The position numbers were made by a program, and so were the translations under genes. Below are positions 23,996 through 37,191 of a stretch of 64,000 nt of DNA, one piece after another. Source of the DNA: Camelus ferus. Lineage: Eukaryota. The stretch is from the NCBI RefSeq assembly GCF_009834535.1, contig NC_045697.1, positions 250,001 to 314,000 of the forward strand, in the 5' to 3' direction. Under the pieces are notes generated by a model. That model searched no databases. It saw only the letters and a list, made by a program, of their open reading frames with translations, and was not told the origin of the DNA. Each line of letters starts with the position of its first letter. Position 1 is the first letter of the stretch.

Positions 23996-26900
23996 TTACC
24001 TGTCGTAGATTCCTCACACACATAGCCACCCCACCTCAGCTCTCACATCTGTCCAGGCCCTGGGCTAGGGGTGGGGGTGGGGGGTCCAACCAGGACTCAG
24101 ACCCTACTGGGGGAAATAGACCAGGTTTATGCCAACCCCAGGTCAGGGTGACCATGGCTCTGGGAGAGGAAGGTCAGGAAGCTGTGGAGCCTGAGGAGGG
24201 CTGGGGCGGACAGTGCCAGCTCTTGGCAGGGAGTGAGGACACGAAGGGAACGGCCTGGAACTGTCTCCCTCCTCCCGCCAGGTCTGTCCCACGGGGAGGC
24301 CACTCAGTTTATGGCCTCCACCCCACCTTGGGGCCACACCTCAGGTAGGGACTCTGGCCTTGTGAGTCCCCAGAAGAGGACCTGGGTTCTGGTGACCAGT
24401 CCCCAAGCCTGCAGCCGTCCAGAGAGGCAGGAACTGAGAGGGAAAGGTTGAGCCAGGGCAGCCCGGTCAGCGTCACGGGGCTGCAGATCCAGGTGGGTGC
24501 AGGCAGGCAATGAGGAGTGTAGCGGCAGGGTGTGGCGGGAGGGCAGGGAGGGGGGCAGCTGGGAGGGAGGCTGGGCAAGGCAGCAGGAGGGGGCAGGGTG
24601 CTGGAGAGACCAGGAGGGTTTGCCACCGAGAGGTCAGCTTTGGGGCGTGTGTGTTTGGTCACAGCCCCGGCCAGCGGGCAGGACAAGGCTGGAGCCCCAG
24701 GCCAGGGCTCTGCACGTTTCTCAAATACACACCCTCCTGAGACTGGCTCCTTAAGGCTAGGAAGCCCTGACCCAAAGCTGAGTTGTGCTGAAGAACAAGA
24801 CCACATGGCACTGGGCTGAGATCCCTGCCACCGAGTCCCCTCTGTAGCCCCCAAGGGGTCACTCTAGATGGCAGGGAGGGGAGTCAGCTGCCTTGCTCCA
24901 GCGCCACCCCCAACCCAGCCTCTCTGGAAAACCCTGCCTGGGGCCTCCACTCCCGCCAGAGGCGCCTGGGGCCTGTGGTCCCCTCTGTCCAGTGGAGGCC
25001 CAGCCACTCCTGTGCCCCAAGGCAGCCTCCCACTCTGGCCCCAAAAGTGCCTTCAGGGTCACCTGAGCTTGTTCTTCAGTCCCAGCACGGGGCCTGGCGA
25101 GGGGGCCGCTGGCCCCGCAGGAAGGGCTGAAATGGGCCTGCTGCCCGGCGCTCACCCAGAAACGGAGAGCACAAATGTGGTCATTAACATGTGGGTTATT
25201 TGGCTCCTGCACCAGCACTGCCCACACTGCCGTATTCTAGCTGGACTTCTTTGTTACTTGACAGGTGACAGCACGTGAAAAGCAGGAGCAGAGAGAGATG
25301 GAAAGCGGTCACCGCCGGCCATAGGAGCGGGCAGATTGTCACCCCTGTGCACCCGGACACCAGGGCCTTCCCCGGCCACGTGGGCGAGGAAAGTCCTGCC
25401 TGTAGGGCCCTGCTGGCTGGGGTCAGCGCCTGGGAGCTCGTCCTCGCGGGCTTCTGACGGTGGGGTGGCCTGCTATTTCCTCAGACGTCTGCCCCGTCCG
25501 GGGTGCTGGAACACACGGTGCCCAGTCAGGGTCATGTATGAAGCACAGACTTCCCACTGTCCATTTCCACCACAGCCCTGCCCACCCCCAGAGCTTCTCC
25601 TCAAGGTCCAGAAACAAGGGGACCCCTCAGTCAACACCCGGGAACCCTGAGGACCCCCTTCCTGAGGAGCTGGCCCAAGATCTGGGCTCAGAGCACAGCG
25701 ATGGTCCCTGTTCCCCTCAGACCCCAGACTCCAGAATTCCTGCAGCTCTCCCCACAGGGCCCTCACCCCCACCTGGCGGGACCCACAGTCCTGCCTCTCC
25801 CACCCCCTGCCTACCCCAGCCCATGGTCACCCCTGCCCTCTGTCCACTCCCAGCCTCCTGTTGCACCCGCCCCACTGGGCCACAGACCAGCCCTCCTCGT
25901 CCCAGTTCTTGTCACTGCCCACAGCACAGAGGTCCAAGCAGAGCTGGTGGAGGAGAAGGTGTGACTTCAGGTACCCAGAGAAGGGGGCTGGAGGAGGGGT
26001 CTGGGTGACCTTGAGGCTCTCTGTGGGGGACTGTGGTTCCCATGCCCCACCTCCTCCCCGGCTGCTGCCTGGATCCACCCCCACCCTCCCGTGCCCCAGG
26101 GTAAAAATAGCAGAGCTCACACACCTGAGAATGGAATTCTGCTCCTCTCTGGCTCTGCTGGGGTGGTGGCAGCTGTGGGGTGCAGGGGGCTGCACACAGC
26201 CTGAGTGAGCGCAGGGGCAGTGCTCGGTCACGAAAAGGTGGCGTGGGGGTCCACAGGGGAGGGACACTCTCACTTTGAGGGAGGCTGTGCTTCTGAAGGC
26301 CTCTGCCCGGTGGGTGCCCAGGCCACCAGCTGCCCATGCCCCAGCCCTAGGTCAGCTCTCCGAGAACGCCCTGGGGCTGTCCCTCTAAGTTGTGTGACCC
26401 CCATGGGGGGAGCTCCCTGAGCTGCAGACCAGGTGCCCCTGCTCCGTGAATGCCCCCCACCCATCAGCTCTGCCTCACCCCCACCCCACTCCAGAGGCCT
26501 TGATCACCCTCCCAGGGCCACCCGGACCTGCCTCAGGGGCCTCTAACAGGACACTCGGTCAGAGGCCAGGCTCAGGCCCCGGATGGAGGATGGCCACCTG
26601 TGCAGACACAGGACCCAAGGCGGGGCTTGGGCCCCCAAGGGCTCCTGCTCCGGCCAAGAGTTCTGGGCTGTGCAGTCAGGCAGCTTCAGGTGGACGCAGC
26701 GCCCAGAGCCTCCTGTGCCCCATCTCCCTTGAGGCTCCAAAGCGGGTGCAGTGGGGAGCCCTGGGCCCGGGGTGTGTGCCGTCCATGTGAGTCAGGCCTG
26801 GACCCCCTCAGCCAGTGACTGGTCCAGCGGGACTGAGTCGGCTGACAGCAGAGCTGGCCCTTGGAGGGTGGCCTTCAAGCTCAAGAACCACCCCCCTCAA

Positions 26901-29900
26901 ACACAGGCCAAGGGGAAAAGCCCAAGGGACACCGACAGTCGCCACCCAGGAGGCCCCCGACCCCTCCTCTCCCATCCAGTGACACCCAGAGGGCAGGCAG
27001 GCCTATGTGGGTACTGCTGGAGTGTTTCAGGCCCAGGAGGCATGAGAAGGAGCAATTTTCTCCAGAGATGTCGCTCTGCTCCCTTGGGGAAGGAAGACAG
27101 TCTCAGAGCCTGTCCTGGGTCGTGATCCTCTCTGGGGCAGTGGGAGCCCGAGGCCTGCCCAGGGAACACAGAGGCCACTGCAGCCAGGCCTTCGCACGCC
27201 AGGGGACGTCAGGCTGAAGAGGGCAGTTCAGCGACTCCGCGGTGGGAGCCGGAAGCCTCTGCAGCGGGCACACCCGAAGTGTGCCTCCGAGCCTTTGTTT
27301 CCTCTCTCTTCCCAGAGGGTCCGGAGCCAGCTTCCTCCCCTCCCCCGGGCACCAGGGTTCCAGCTCTCCTGCCCCCTCTTCCTATCCTGGGGGCCTGGGT
27401 CCGGAAGATGATCTCACCCAGGCCCCGCCCCACCCCAGGTGGCCAGTGGACAGTCCCAACTTAGGGCCTGGGGCTGGGGCAGAAGCCCTCTGTAAGCAGC
27501 GGGACCCTCCGCCAGGGCCCTTAGCTGCCCAGCGCCCCACCGTGTGTCCAGGATCTGCCCCCCTCAGCTACAGACCTACCCCCCACCCCTGGTGAGACCC
27601 CTGGAGGAACCCAGCCCAAGTGCCCAGCTCTCCCTGGGCCCACCCCATGCTCCCCCATAGCCACAGGCCTGCTGGGCTCATCGCTCCGCCTGTCGCCCCC
27701 CCCACCCCGTCTCCTACCCGCTTCCTGATGTCCCTCTCTTCCTGCCCACCCCACAGGGGCCCCAGCGAGGACCCAGAGGGGCGTTCCCGGGCTCTGCTGG
27801 TTGCAGCAGGTCTGTAAGTGGACACAGCTGTGTGCTTACCCTCGGCCAGATTCTCCCCAGCCTGGCAGACCCAGGCCCTCCTCTCCCGCTGGCTGATGTT
27901 CTAAAGTCTTCTGGGAAAGGCAGGGCTGAACCCCAGGAGTGGTCTCCCAAGGGGCAGCTCTGATCCCCACATCTGCCTGTGGGGCCGACAGGGACTTACT
28001 GGTCCTGAGATGGTGCTCTCAGGGACCAGGATGCATCCATGGGCCACAGGGCACATGTGACGTGTGTGAAGACTTGACGGGCATACATCCACGGTAGCTA
28101 CAGAAACAAACGTGTCCCGAGGCACCTCAGTGTGGACGAGCCTCAAAAAAACCTCCTGCCCGGTGGGAGCGGCCCCTCCCCTCCCCCTTCTCCCCTCTCC
28201 TCGGCTCCTGGAGCGCTTGGTCCAGAGAGCCCAGCCTTTCACCTCCTGGGAGCCTGCCTTCTGCCCCAGGGGCCGTATTCCAAGAACCAGTCACCAACTG
28301 CAGGCCAGCGCAGCCTCTCAGACATGTCCTGTGCCGGGTCACTCATCTGAGCCTGTTTCCAGACGGACCTCTGCTGAGCAGCGCCCCCAGGACCGCGCCC
28401 CCTATGTGACAGGGTTGGGGTCAGCTGTGCAGCCAGTCTGTGGCCACTGTGGTCGTTCCCTGGGCCCCCAGGGGCTCCCTGGAGGGGACACGCGTGGTCC
28501 TTGGAGCTGGGGTGTGGCCTGTAGGGATGGAGCCACCGGGGCGGCCATTGTCCCACCAAGACAGAAAATCAGAACCGGTGGGGATGGCAGAGGGTGTGCC
28601 ACACCAGAGACCCAGGGGACGCGTGTGCGCCTGCAGCCCCTGCAGGGCCCCGCCAGCATCCCCAGGGCTGCCTGGCCCTCAGCCGGGATCCAGAGCAACT
28701 TTGACATGCACTCTTGGACCTATTTAGGTCATTCATTATTCTTTAAAAGAATTGAAAGATAAAAATAGCAGCAGATACATACCTGGCGGGGAGTCGGCTC
28801 TCTGCAGAGGGGCATCAACCGGGGAAAGCCAGATTCAGCACTCCCCGGCGGGGAGAGAGTGTCACCTCAGCCAAGGGACGGGGGCGCTGGGCCCAAGGGT
28901 CAGAGGTTGCGAGGTCCTAGGGCCTCAGGGCAAAAGGCTAGAGCCCCCATGCCTTTGAAACTTCAGGACCCACAGACCCCACCCCCCGCCTGAGCCTTAG
29001 ACCAACGTGGTCACTGAGGCGGGGGTGGGGTGGGGTCAGTGTTCCACTAACTGCTCCCCAGACCGCCGGCGAGCTTTTGAGGACATGCACTGGTGCCAGT
29101 TCTACGAGCCCAGCCCGGGGGGGGGGGTCCTCATCCAGGTGATGGCGACCACCATGCACATCTGACCGGCGAGTGGCAGCCACCTGGCAACACAGCTGGC
29201 TGACGTTCTGCGGAAAGGAGAGACGGCACAGGGTTCTCAGAGGCCCGGCCCTTCCCGCTGTCACCACCGGGATGAGGGTCGAGGTCCTGGCCACCTGTCC
29301 AGGGCCTGGTCAGCACAGTGCTGGGCAGCCTGGAGTGCGACGAGCCCTCGGGCTTGGTGGACAGACCCGCAGGAGGCTGGGAGCGTCACTTCCGACTAAC
29401 CCTCGAGCCTGTAACTGCTGCCATCTGTCCTGCCAGGTCGTCCCCCAGAACAGGGGGACCTCACCCCGTAGCCAAGGCAGCCGCTGCTTCTCCAACGGCC
29501 ATGACTCAGGAAAGCTGCTTTACTCTTTGAACTTCCAGAACAACAGACCAGGTCCCTCACACCCTCATGCTCTGAGGAGGAACGACCCAGTGGCATCCAG
29601 GGGAGGCCCAGTCTCATGTGGGCCAGCATCTGCCCAGCTGCCTCAGCCACGAGCAGTGACCCCAGGGCACACCCAGACCAGCGAGGGGAAGGCTGGACTC
29701 CAGACCCAAAGCCAGGGCTTGTCCCTGCACTGGCCTCCCTGCCTCCCTGCTGTGTGAGACTGCCGAGGCCAGCTGGGGGCCCGGGGAGGCTCAGGCCAGC
29801 GGAGATGGGGAGCCCTCTCCACCAGGCAGGGGTCACTGCACCACATCTTCGCAGTCAGAGCCTAGATCAGTCAGACGATCACGCACGTCAGAGACGAAGG

Positions 29901-29914
29901 TCATCAGAAAATAG

Positions 29915-29920
29915 TTTAAT
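29915..29920 (-). terminator. GAK: GAK polyadenylation signal (ATTAAA); 3'UTR approx. 29895-30316
   Basis: Plus-strand tttaat = ATTAAA on the minus strand, about 400 nt after the stop, preceded by a UGUA element (TGTACATAATTAAA). Confidence 0.8.
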
Positions 29921-30316
29921 TATGTACAGCTGGTCACCAGGCTGATTACAGGGGAGACGCAAACATTCACGAGGGACTCAAGAAGACGGCCGAGCAGCGC
30001 GGTCTACCCAGAGGACGCGCCCTCAGGTGACGGCCACCGAACAGAATAAACCACAGACCGGGACACGCGTGGGAGAAGTGCGACTCGACACTTTTCCTTT
30101 AGAACCAAAAAAGAAAAAGAAAGAATTCGGAGCTTTTGGAATGCTTTCCTTCTCCCGCCAGGCATGGCGGCGGCTCCGGGCCACCCAGGGCAGCAGGCAT
30201 GATGTCGGGTGCGGCCACACCAGTCCACACTGCCACGGCCACAGGGCGACCCTCGTGGTCCAGCCAGCAGCTTTCGATTCTATGAGCTGCGGGCGCAGCC
30301 CCGAGCAGCGCATGAC

Positions 30317-30418
30317 TTAGAAGAGGGGCCGGGAGCCCTGGCTCTCGAACTCGGCCCAGGCTTCGTTCAGCTCCATGAAGATCATCCTGGCGTACTGCTC
30401 GTAGGGCTGCCCCCGGGC
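30317..30418 (-). CDS. GAK: GAK exon 28 coding part (C-terminus, TAA stop)
   Basis: 102 nt; [33 protein letters not shown]. Confidence 0.97.
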   Translation of the reverse strand, partial: ARGQPYEQYARMIFMELNEAWAEFESQGSRPLF

Positions 30419-30495
30419 CTGCGGGACGGAGTGGGTGAGGGTGCTGGGCCTGAACCCAGGACCCGCCCTGGGCTCGGCCCGGGCCCCGTGCCCAC

Positions 30496-30672
30496 CTTGT
30501 CCGGATGGACCACCAGCACGGCCCGGCGGTACTGCTTCTTCACCTGCCCGGGGGTCACCAGGTCGGCCATGCCCACGGGCGTCCAGCGGCACTCGCCGTC
30601 CCACAGCGCGGTGTGCAGCGTGGACAGCAGCGCCCGGATGTTCCTCTCCTTGCCCTCCGTCCAGTCCAGGAG
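30496..30672 (-). CDS. GAK: GAK exon 27 (J domain, HPD motif)
   Basis: 177 nt; [59 protein letters not shown]. Confidence 0.97.
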
Positions 30673-30825
30673 CTGCGGGAGACGCGGGCCCGGCCCCACC
30701 GCCCGCCAGTCATCCAGCGGCTCCACACGGGGCAGAGCTCTGAACACGAACCCGCCGCCCCCATGCCTGTGCCAGCAACCCTGGGGCCACCCGCCCTAGC
30801 CCGGCCCCGGCCCGAGCGCCCCCAC

Positions 30826-30974
30826 CTTCAGCTTGAGCGGGTCCGTGTCCCGGGCCTGGTCCTGCCGCCTCATCTCGGCGATGGTCCTGGGCCCCCTCCT
30901 GTCGGCCCTGGAGGAGAAGCCCTGGTCGGACAGCAGGTCTTCAAAGTCGCTCTCCGACACCCTCGGCTTCTGAC
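30826..30974 (-). CDS. GAK: GAK exon 26
   Basis: 149 nt; QKPRVSESDFEDLLSDQGFSSRADRRGPRTIAEMRRQDQARDTDPLKLK. Confidence 0.96.
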
Positions 30975-31308
30975 CTGGAGAAGAGCAGGGGCCTCAGAGG
31001 CTGTGCTGGGAGGCGCCGACGCCGACCCCGCCCGGCGGCCCCTGCCCAGCACTGCACACAGCTGGCAGAGGCCGAGACGGCCCCCAGGCGGCACACGCCT
31101 GGCCACCTGGACGGTGCTGTCTGGGCAACAAGAAGGTCACCCTCAGACCACATGCAAAACGACTCACTCCCACCTGAAGGAGCTTCTGCTGGGTCTCAGG
31201 AGACACCCTTTCTCAGGACTTGACCACGAGCTGGAGAAGATGGGGTTCACCGTAACCCCCCTCAGAGCAAGCTCAGAAAGCCACCGGGCAGAGAGAGGGA
31301 GGACTCAC

Positions 31309-31533
31309 CAAAGCTGGGAGGGCGGACACCCCTCTCCTCCCGGCTGCCGATCACACTGAAGCTGGTGTTGTAGCTGGGCTTCGGCGGGACAGCGGCTTTG
31401 GGGGCTGGCTTGGCCTGCGGGGGCCGTGGGGTGCCCTGGGCCAGGGGCCGACTTGCATGCCAGGAGCCGGTGGCCTTGGGAGGGGGCGCTGCGTTGGTAC
31501 CGGCGCCTGCAGGAGCAGATGCAGCGGACAAGC
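31309..31533 (-). CDS. GAK: GAK exon 25
   Basis: 225 nt; LSAASAPAG...KPSYNTSFSVIGSREERGVRPPSF; donor GTGAGT. Confidence 0.92.
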
Positions 31534-32479
31534 CTGGGGAGACAGTCACACGGGAACTTCGGGGGCAGCCCCAGTACTCAGCCTGCACGGAGAGCACGCC
31601 CTCGCAAAACCAGTGTTCCAGGTGTGCTGCCAGGGTGGGCACGTCGAGGTGGCCCCACGGCTGGCCGGTCCGTAGCGGCCAGGGCCAGGTGGGTACCACC
31701 CCCTACTTGCTGTGTGTCTGTCCCTCTGCAGACACCACACAGTCCTGACAGAGTCTGGCCACGTCACTCCATCCCACCAGCCTGTTCCCCACTCCTCGTC
31801 CCTGACTCCCTACTCAGCCCCACAGTGAGCCCGCCTGTGTCTGCAGGAACCCCCTCAGGGGTGTCTGGTGGGGACTGTTTGGACCCCGCAGATCACGGCA
31901 GGAGAGCCTTCCCCACATGGGGTCTTCTGGGCCGCGAGCCCCTCCGTCTCCATTCACGCCAGGGTCCTTCTTCCCTGACCCGCTCCTCACGTTTGGCTCT
32001 GTGGCTCCAGGACACAAGTCCTGCGCGTGCTCTGCGAGAGTCACAGGTTACGTGCTTCTTTTTCCTCCTTTTTCAGTGACTGTAAACGGTGCTGTTCTAA
32101 ATCGTGGATTCCCTGCACACATGCTGCTGGTAAACAGGAATTTCCCTGGTGTCCGTCGACCGTGCGCCCTGCAACCCTCCTAAACTCACTCTGGGCTCTG
32201 AAATGCTTTCAGGTCCCTCGGGATTTCCCACGGCCCCCGGTGCACGGAAGCACTGCCTGTGCCCCTGGTCCCTCTCCAGCTGGCACCAAGGGCAGCTCGC
32301 GGTCTTCCAAAGCCAAGCGCGAGGCTGGCTGCAGGGTACTGGAGGCACTGCTCCTAAGCTCTCCCGCCACTCGTCTGTGGGGGGTGTCCGCCGACAACTA
32401 GGTGCTGAACTCTGTCCGCGGCCTGTCCTGCACACGGATGTGACCACACGACACCCCTACTCTGGCCAGTTCTTGTGTG

Positions 32480-33690
32480 GATTCTGTTAACTGGTTCTGG
32501 AATGCTGAAGGTGCCTCACTTCCTGGAACAAATCCCACTTGGCTGTGGTGTGTGATTCTGTCCATGCTGATGAATGCTCCTTGCGGCCGATTTGCTGTTC
32601 GACTTTCGTGTCTATATTCGTGAGGGACACTGAAGTTTTCTCTTGTACCGTCTCTGTCTGGTTCTGGTTTCTGAGTAATACCAGCTTCGTGAAACCAACC
32701 GGAAAACGTCTCCTCCTATTTCCTGGAAAAGGGTGTGTGAGGTTGGTATGAGTCCTTTAAACACTTGGTGGAACTCTCCAATGGAAGCAACCGGGACTGA
32801 AGATTTCCTTTTCGGGAGGCGTCTAACGACGAGCTAGAGCTCATCTTCTCATGGCTACAGGCCTACTCGCCCCGCCCACCCGGCAGGGCATCTGCTGCAG
32901 AACCCACCCACCTCACCTGCGCCGAGGCTGGTGCCGCGGCTGCGCGGCCGAGTCCCTTCGTGCCCTCCAGGGTCTGTGGGCACGTTGTGCCAACCTCCCT
33001 ACTTTCATGCATCTTAGCAAACATTTGCCAATTTTACTGATATTCTCAAAGAACCAGTTTTTGCTTAGTCCACCTTCTCTAGTTTACATTTTCCACTTCA
33101 TTGATGTGGGCTCTTTATCACCACCCTCCTGCTTGCTTTGAGTTTATTTCCTTTCCTTTCCAAACATCTTCAGGTGAGAACGCACAACATTCCCCAAATG
33201 TACACTGGACACCACGTGTCCCCCGTTTTGACGCGCCATGTTTTCATTTTCCGTCTGTGTGATGCACTGCTTTATTTCCCTTGAGGCTTCTAAGTAACCC
33301 TATGTTCTCAGAAGCGTGTTGTTCAGTTCCTAACAGTCTGAACAGCTTTCAGTTATCTTGCTGCTGCTGACTCTGAGCCTGACTCCAAGCAGAATGACGT
33401 GGTGTGCATGACTTCAACTCCTGTACACTTGCTGAGGACTGTCCATGGACCAGGACGGGACATTTCTTGGTGGCTGGTGGGTGCAGGATGTGTCCTGCTG
33501 CCGTTGGGCAGTGTCCTGTGAGAGTCCACAGTCCTGCTGGCTCTTGGCTCCCACAGCCTCGCTGACTCACTGTCTGGTGGCTCCATCTTTGCTGACAGAG
33601 GAATGCTGAGGGCTCCACCTAGAACCCGAGTTTGCATGTTTCTCCCCTTGGTTCCAGCAGCTTCGTGCAGGACCCCACTCTCCGCCGGGT
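32480..33690 (-). mobile_element. Old L1M ORF2 fragments in GAK intron 24
   Basis: ttcctggaacaaatcccacttggctgtggtg; tttaaacacttggtggaactctcca; tctcaaagaaccagtttttg. Confidence 0.7.
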
Positions 33691-34370
33691 GTGATGGAGG
33701 TCTTGGGTCTCAGTGCAGAGCTGAGGGCTGGGCTCCATCCTGAGAACGGGCGCCCCAGACCCCAAGAAGCCCCTTGCTCCACAGGCTGCACCCAGGAGGC
33801 TCAGGGTGGCCCCACCCTGCACTCAGACAGCCCAAGACAGAGGCAGGAAGACAAGGACAAACCCAAACTTCCAGGAATGCCCTCAGGGAGACACTACAAC
33901 CTGAAACACCAGGAAACTGTTAAATAAAAAGGACTGTTCCTGGACAACAAGCGTTCTGGAGAGATGCTAATTCCACCTCGAATTCCACACGCCACCCAAC
34001 CAGCCAGGCACGTGGGACACTCAGATGCTCACGGTCTCCAAACAGCTAACATCCTGACATGTCCTCTCAGAGGGGGAAGCTGCCAGAGGGGGTTCTGCCT
34101 GCCCTTGGAGCAGGGCAGGGCTGCCCCACACTCCTGTGCTGAGGCCGCTCCCAGGTGGCCCCCGCTCACGGTGATGCCCACGGAGGGCCAGGCCTCCCAC
34201 TGGTTTTGACAACTCCTGGTGTCATCTTGGTAACGAGCTTCGGGGACAAGGCAGACGGGCCTCTTCTGGGGTCAGTGAACGGGGGAGGTCCGCCCTGGGA
34301 GGGTAGACAGACCCAACCCCCTGCGAGAGCCCCAGCACCCTCCTCCTGCTCGACATGGCCCACAGGGTAC

Positions 34371-34487
34371 CTTGGAGGCCGGAACTGAGGTCACCGAGGT
34401 CAGCAAACGGGTCCTGGCTCTGAGACTTGGTCAGGCTGGCTGGGGGGCCAGGAGGGGCCGGCTGGGCTCCAGAAGAGAAGAAGGGGC
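34371..34487 (-). CDS. GAK: GAK exon 24
   Basis: 117 nt; PFFSSGAQPAPPGPPASLTKSQSQDPFADLGDLSSGLQ. Confidence 0.93.
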
Positions 34488-35552
34488 CTGGAGGAGACAA
34501 GGCATCAGGACCGCTGCAGTGGAGGCAGCCTCTGTGCTGCCTCTCGCTCCTAAAGGCCTCGCTCCATGGCGGCAGCGCACACTCAGGACATGGCCACATG
34601 GACAGCCCGAGCCCAGGTGGCCAAGGGGAGGACCTGGCGACCCACACCAGCTGTCCTGGGTCTGCAGCGCCCCCTGGAGTCTCCCGCAGTGCGGTCACGA
34701 TTCTGAGTACAAAAGACTGACACAGCCAAGCCAGTCACTGGACTACCACCTGTGGGAACAGCACAGCCAGCCCTGAACAAGGCTGGGCCCACCCTCAGGC
34801 GGGCTTTTTTCAGTAACCACAGCACCTCCACAGTGCCTAGTTTACAGCCTTTGCGTTAACTGCATGTGGGAGACAGCTTGTGTCTGATTAGAGCTCTCAA
34901 CACATGGGATCAACAGACTCGGGCTCTGCTTCTGGTGCTGTCCAGACCGTGCAGCTGCCCGCCCATGGGAGAGCCAGTCACCAACTCCTTTATTCTGGGG
35001 CAGAGAAAGCAGGGTGTGGATTTTCGACTGTGTGGGGGTCAGCACCCCTGACCCCACGTTGTTCAAGAGTCAACTGTAAGGTCATTATAAGCGACGGCCA
35101 CTCACGTGCAAAGAGCTCTCACAAATTAATAGGAAAAAGATGAACTTCCTATGGAAAAAAAAGACTAAGAAACAAGAAATAGTTTTCAAAAAATATAAAG
35201 TAACCCAAAACGTACAAAACAAAAGACCATCTCATTCATAATGAAAAAAAAAAAAAAAAGCAAATCTAAAAGAACCGCGGCCTATCAAATTGGCAAAATA
35301 GCGTCCTTGAAGTCATCATCCCGTTAACGGATGATACCCAGGCAGGAACACGTGTCACAGGCCTTGTAAATGCGACTGCCTCTGACAGCAGCTCATTGCC
35401 GGAAATGTGCCAACAGGACCAGATGAGGCTGTACAGAAAGCAGGGCAGACGTGGAGAGGTGGGATAGGCACAGGGGCCGCGTAGAGGGCCTGGGACGACC
35501 GCGCCCCTCCCTGCTCTCCTGGGGGAGGGCTGCGATGACGCCAGAGTCGTAC

Positions 35553-35669
35553 CTTCTGCAGCCGGCGCGGGCGTGGGGACCGGAGCCTCGGCCCAGGCGT
35601 CCCACCCTCCCAGCAGGTCCGGGTTGGGGGCAGAGGCCGTCGTCCTGCTGGGCTCTGCTGGCAGATCCC
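35553..35669 (-). CDS. GAK: GAK exon 23
   Basis: 117 nt; DLPAEPSRTTASAPNPDLLGGWDAWAEAPVPTPAPAAE. Confidence 0.92.
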
Positions 35670-36262
35670 CTGGAAGGTAGCAGCACTACATGGGTGTCCT
35701 TGGTGGGGGTGGCCATGAGGCCTTCACATGCCTCCTAGGTGCCTGGGGGGGACAGGCTGGCCACAAGCCCCATCTGCTGGAGCCTCTGCTGGAGGCCAGG
35801 CACTGAGCTCAGCAGGCAGGTGGTCCCTGAGGTGTTCCTGGCCCAGTGAGGCCCCAGGCAGGTTGTACTCACACATCTCAGGGCCTCCCTTCTCACGGGC
35901 TGAGGACGCATCACATGGTCACTGAACTGACCAAGTGGACGTAGGGGTCAGCAAATGGAGAAGCCCCAGGGCCATGCTGAGACTAGTGTCTGAGATTCCT
36001 CATCTGAAAGGGTCTTCAGAGCGCCCCGTCCCACCGTGGCAGGCCACACACACACACTCACGGCCACGCATGGGCGCCCCTAGAACCTGCCTTCCCACCT
36101 CCGCTGAAATCCAGCAGAGGGTATGGAGTGCGCACTGGCTGCACCCTCTTCCTGGGGACGGAAGGACCTGGAGCCGTGCCCGGTAGGCCTAGGAGACCAT
36201 GCTGCCCACCTCCCCTGGCTGACAGCTTGGCCACCAGGCCTGAGTGTGGAGGCTGCACTTAC

Positions 36263-36436
36263 CCAGATGCAAGAAGTTGGAGCTACAGGCAGGGGGCGGG
36301 GCACTGTGGGTGGAGGGGAAGGATGTGGGCAGGGCAGCTGTGGAGTCCGAATTAAGAAATTCGCCAAAGAGGTCAGGCTTGGGGTGGGGCTGGGCTTCCA
36401 GGTCAGAGGGCAGCAGAAGAGGGTCAAAGGGATCAG
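36263..36436 (-). CDS. GAK: GAK exon 22 (DPF and FGEF adaptor-binding motifs)
   Basis: 174 nt; DPFDPLLLPSDLEAQPHPKPDLFGEFLNSD...NFLHL; donor GTAAG. Confidence 0.94.
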
Positions 36437-36669
36437 CTGTGGAAGGCACCAAGAAGCAGGTGGGCTGAGCACAGGCCCCACAAGGCAGGCCCCCAGCCCA
36501 GGGTGCCCACTCCAGGGGGGCCCTCCCATGGCAACCGCAGCCCCAAGCAGTTGGGGCGAAGTGCTGACCCCAACCCTCAGGGGCTCCTCTGGGGGATCGC
36601 AACAGCTCATGGTCCCAGTAAGCTGCAATCACTGGGACCTCCTGGTCCACGACCCCTAGCAGCACCTAC

Positions 36670-37086
36670 CGGCCGGGCCAGGCCCCTCGGGAGCGGTGGT
36701 CTGCGTGGTCCCTGTGCTTGGGGAAGGGGCTGAGCTGGTGAGGAGCAGAGGTGGGTCCCCGTCGAGCAGCCCGCCTGGGGCGCCATCCAGAGCAGCTGCT
36801 GGGGCCCCCAGGAGGCAGCTAAGCAGGTCCGCATTGCTGGGGGGGCCCCCGTGGGCCTGCATGGGGGGCGCCGGCCCCATCTCAGAGTGCAGCCCTAGGA
36901 GGTCCACACTGTCGTCCGGCAGGGTGGCTGGGCCGGCTGCGTCCTCGTCGGCTGTGTCCCCGCTCTCGGGCGAGAGCGTGGTGGCTTCCTCATCGGACGG
37001 CTCGCTCTCACGTCCATCCTCAGTCACGATGGATGGCCCCTCCCTGGCGAGATGACCTTCCGGGCTCATCACACAGTCTTTGTCCT
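36670..37086 (-). CDS. GAK: GAK exon 21 (disordered acidic/Pro-rich region with DLL motifs)
   Basis: 417 nt; DKDCVMSP...VDLLGLHSE...SNADLLSCLLG...; TTTTCAG acceptor, GTAGG donor. Confidence 0.9.
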
Positions 37087-37191
37087 CTGAAAAGAAGACC
37101 ACAACAGCATGGCTGCAACTCACAGTGAGGGGCCGGCAGGGGGGCCACGCAGCACACGGGCAGCAGACGCCCCCCGAACGCCCTAGCCTAC

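Noticed and set aside
30045..30050. AATAAA in the GAK 3'UTR
   Set aside because: On the plus strand, the wrong orientation for GAK.
30505..31359. 284-aa ORF antisense to GAK exons 25-27
   Set aside because: Shadow ORF from high GC3 of the sense-strand exons.
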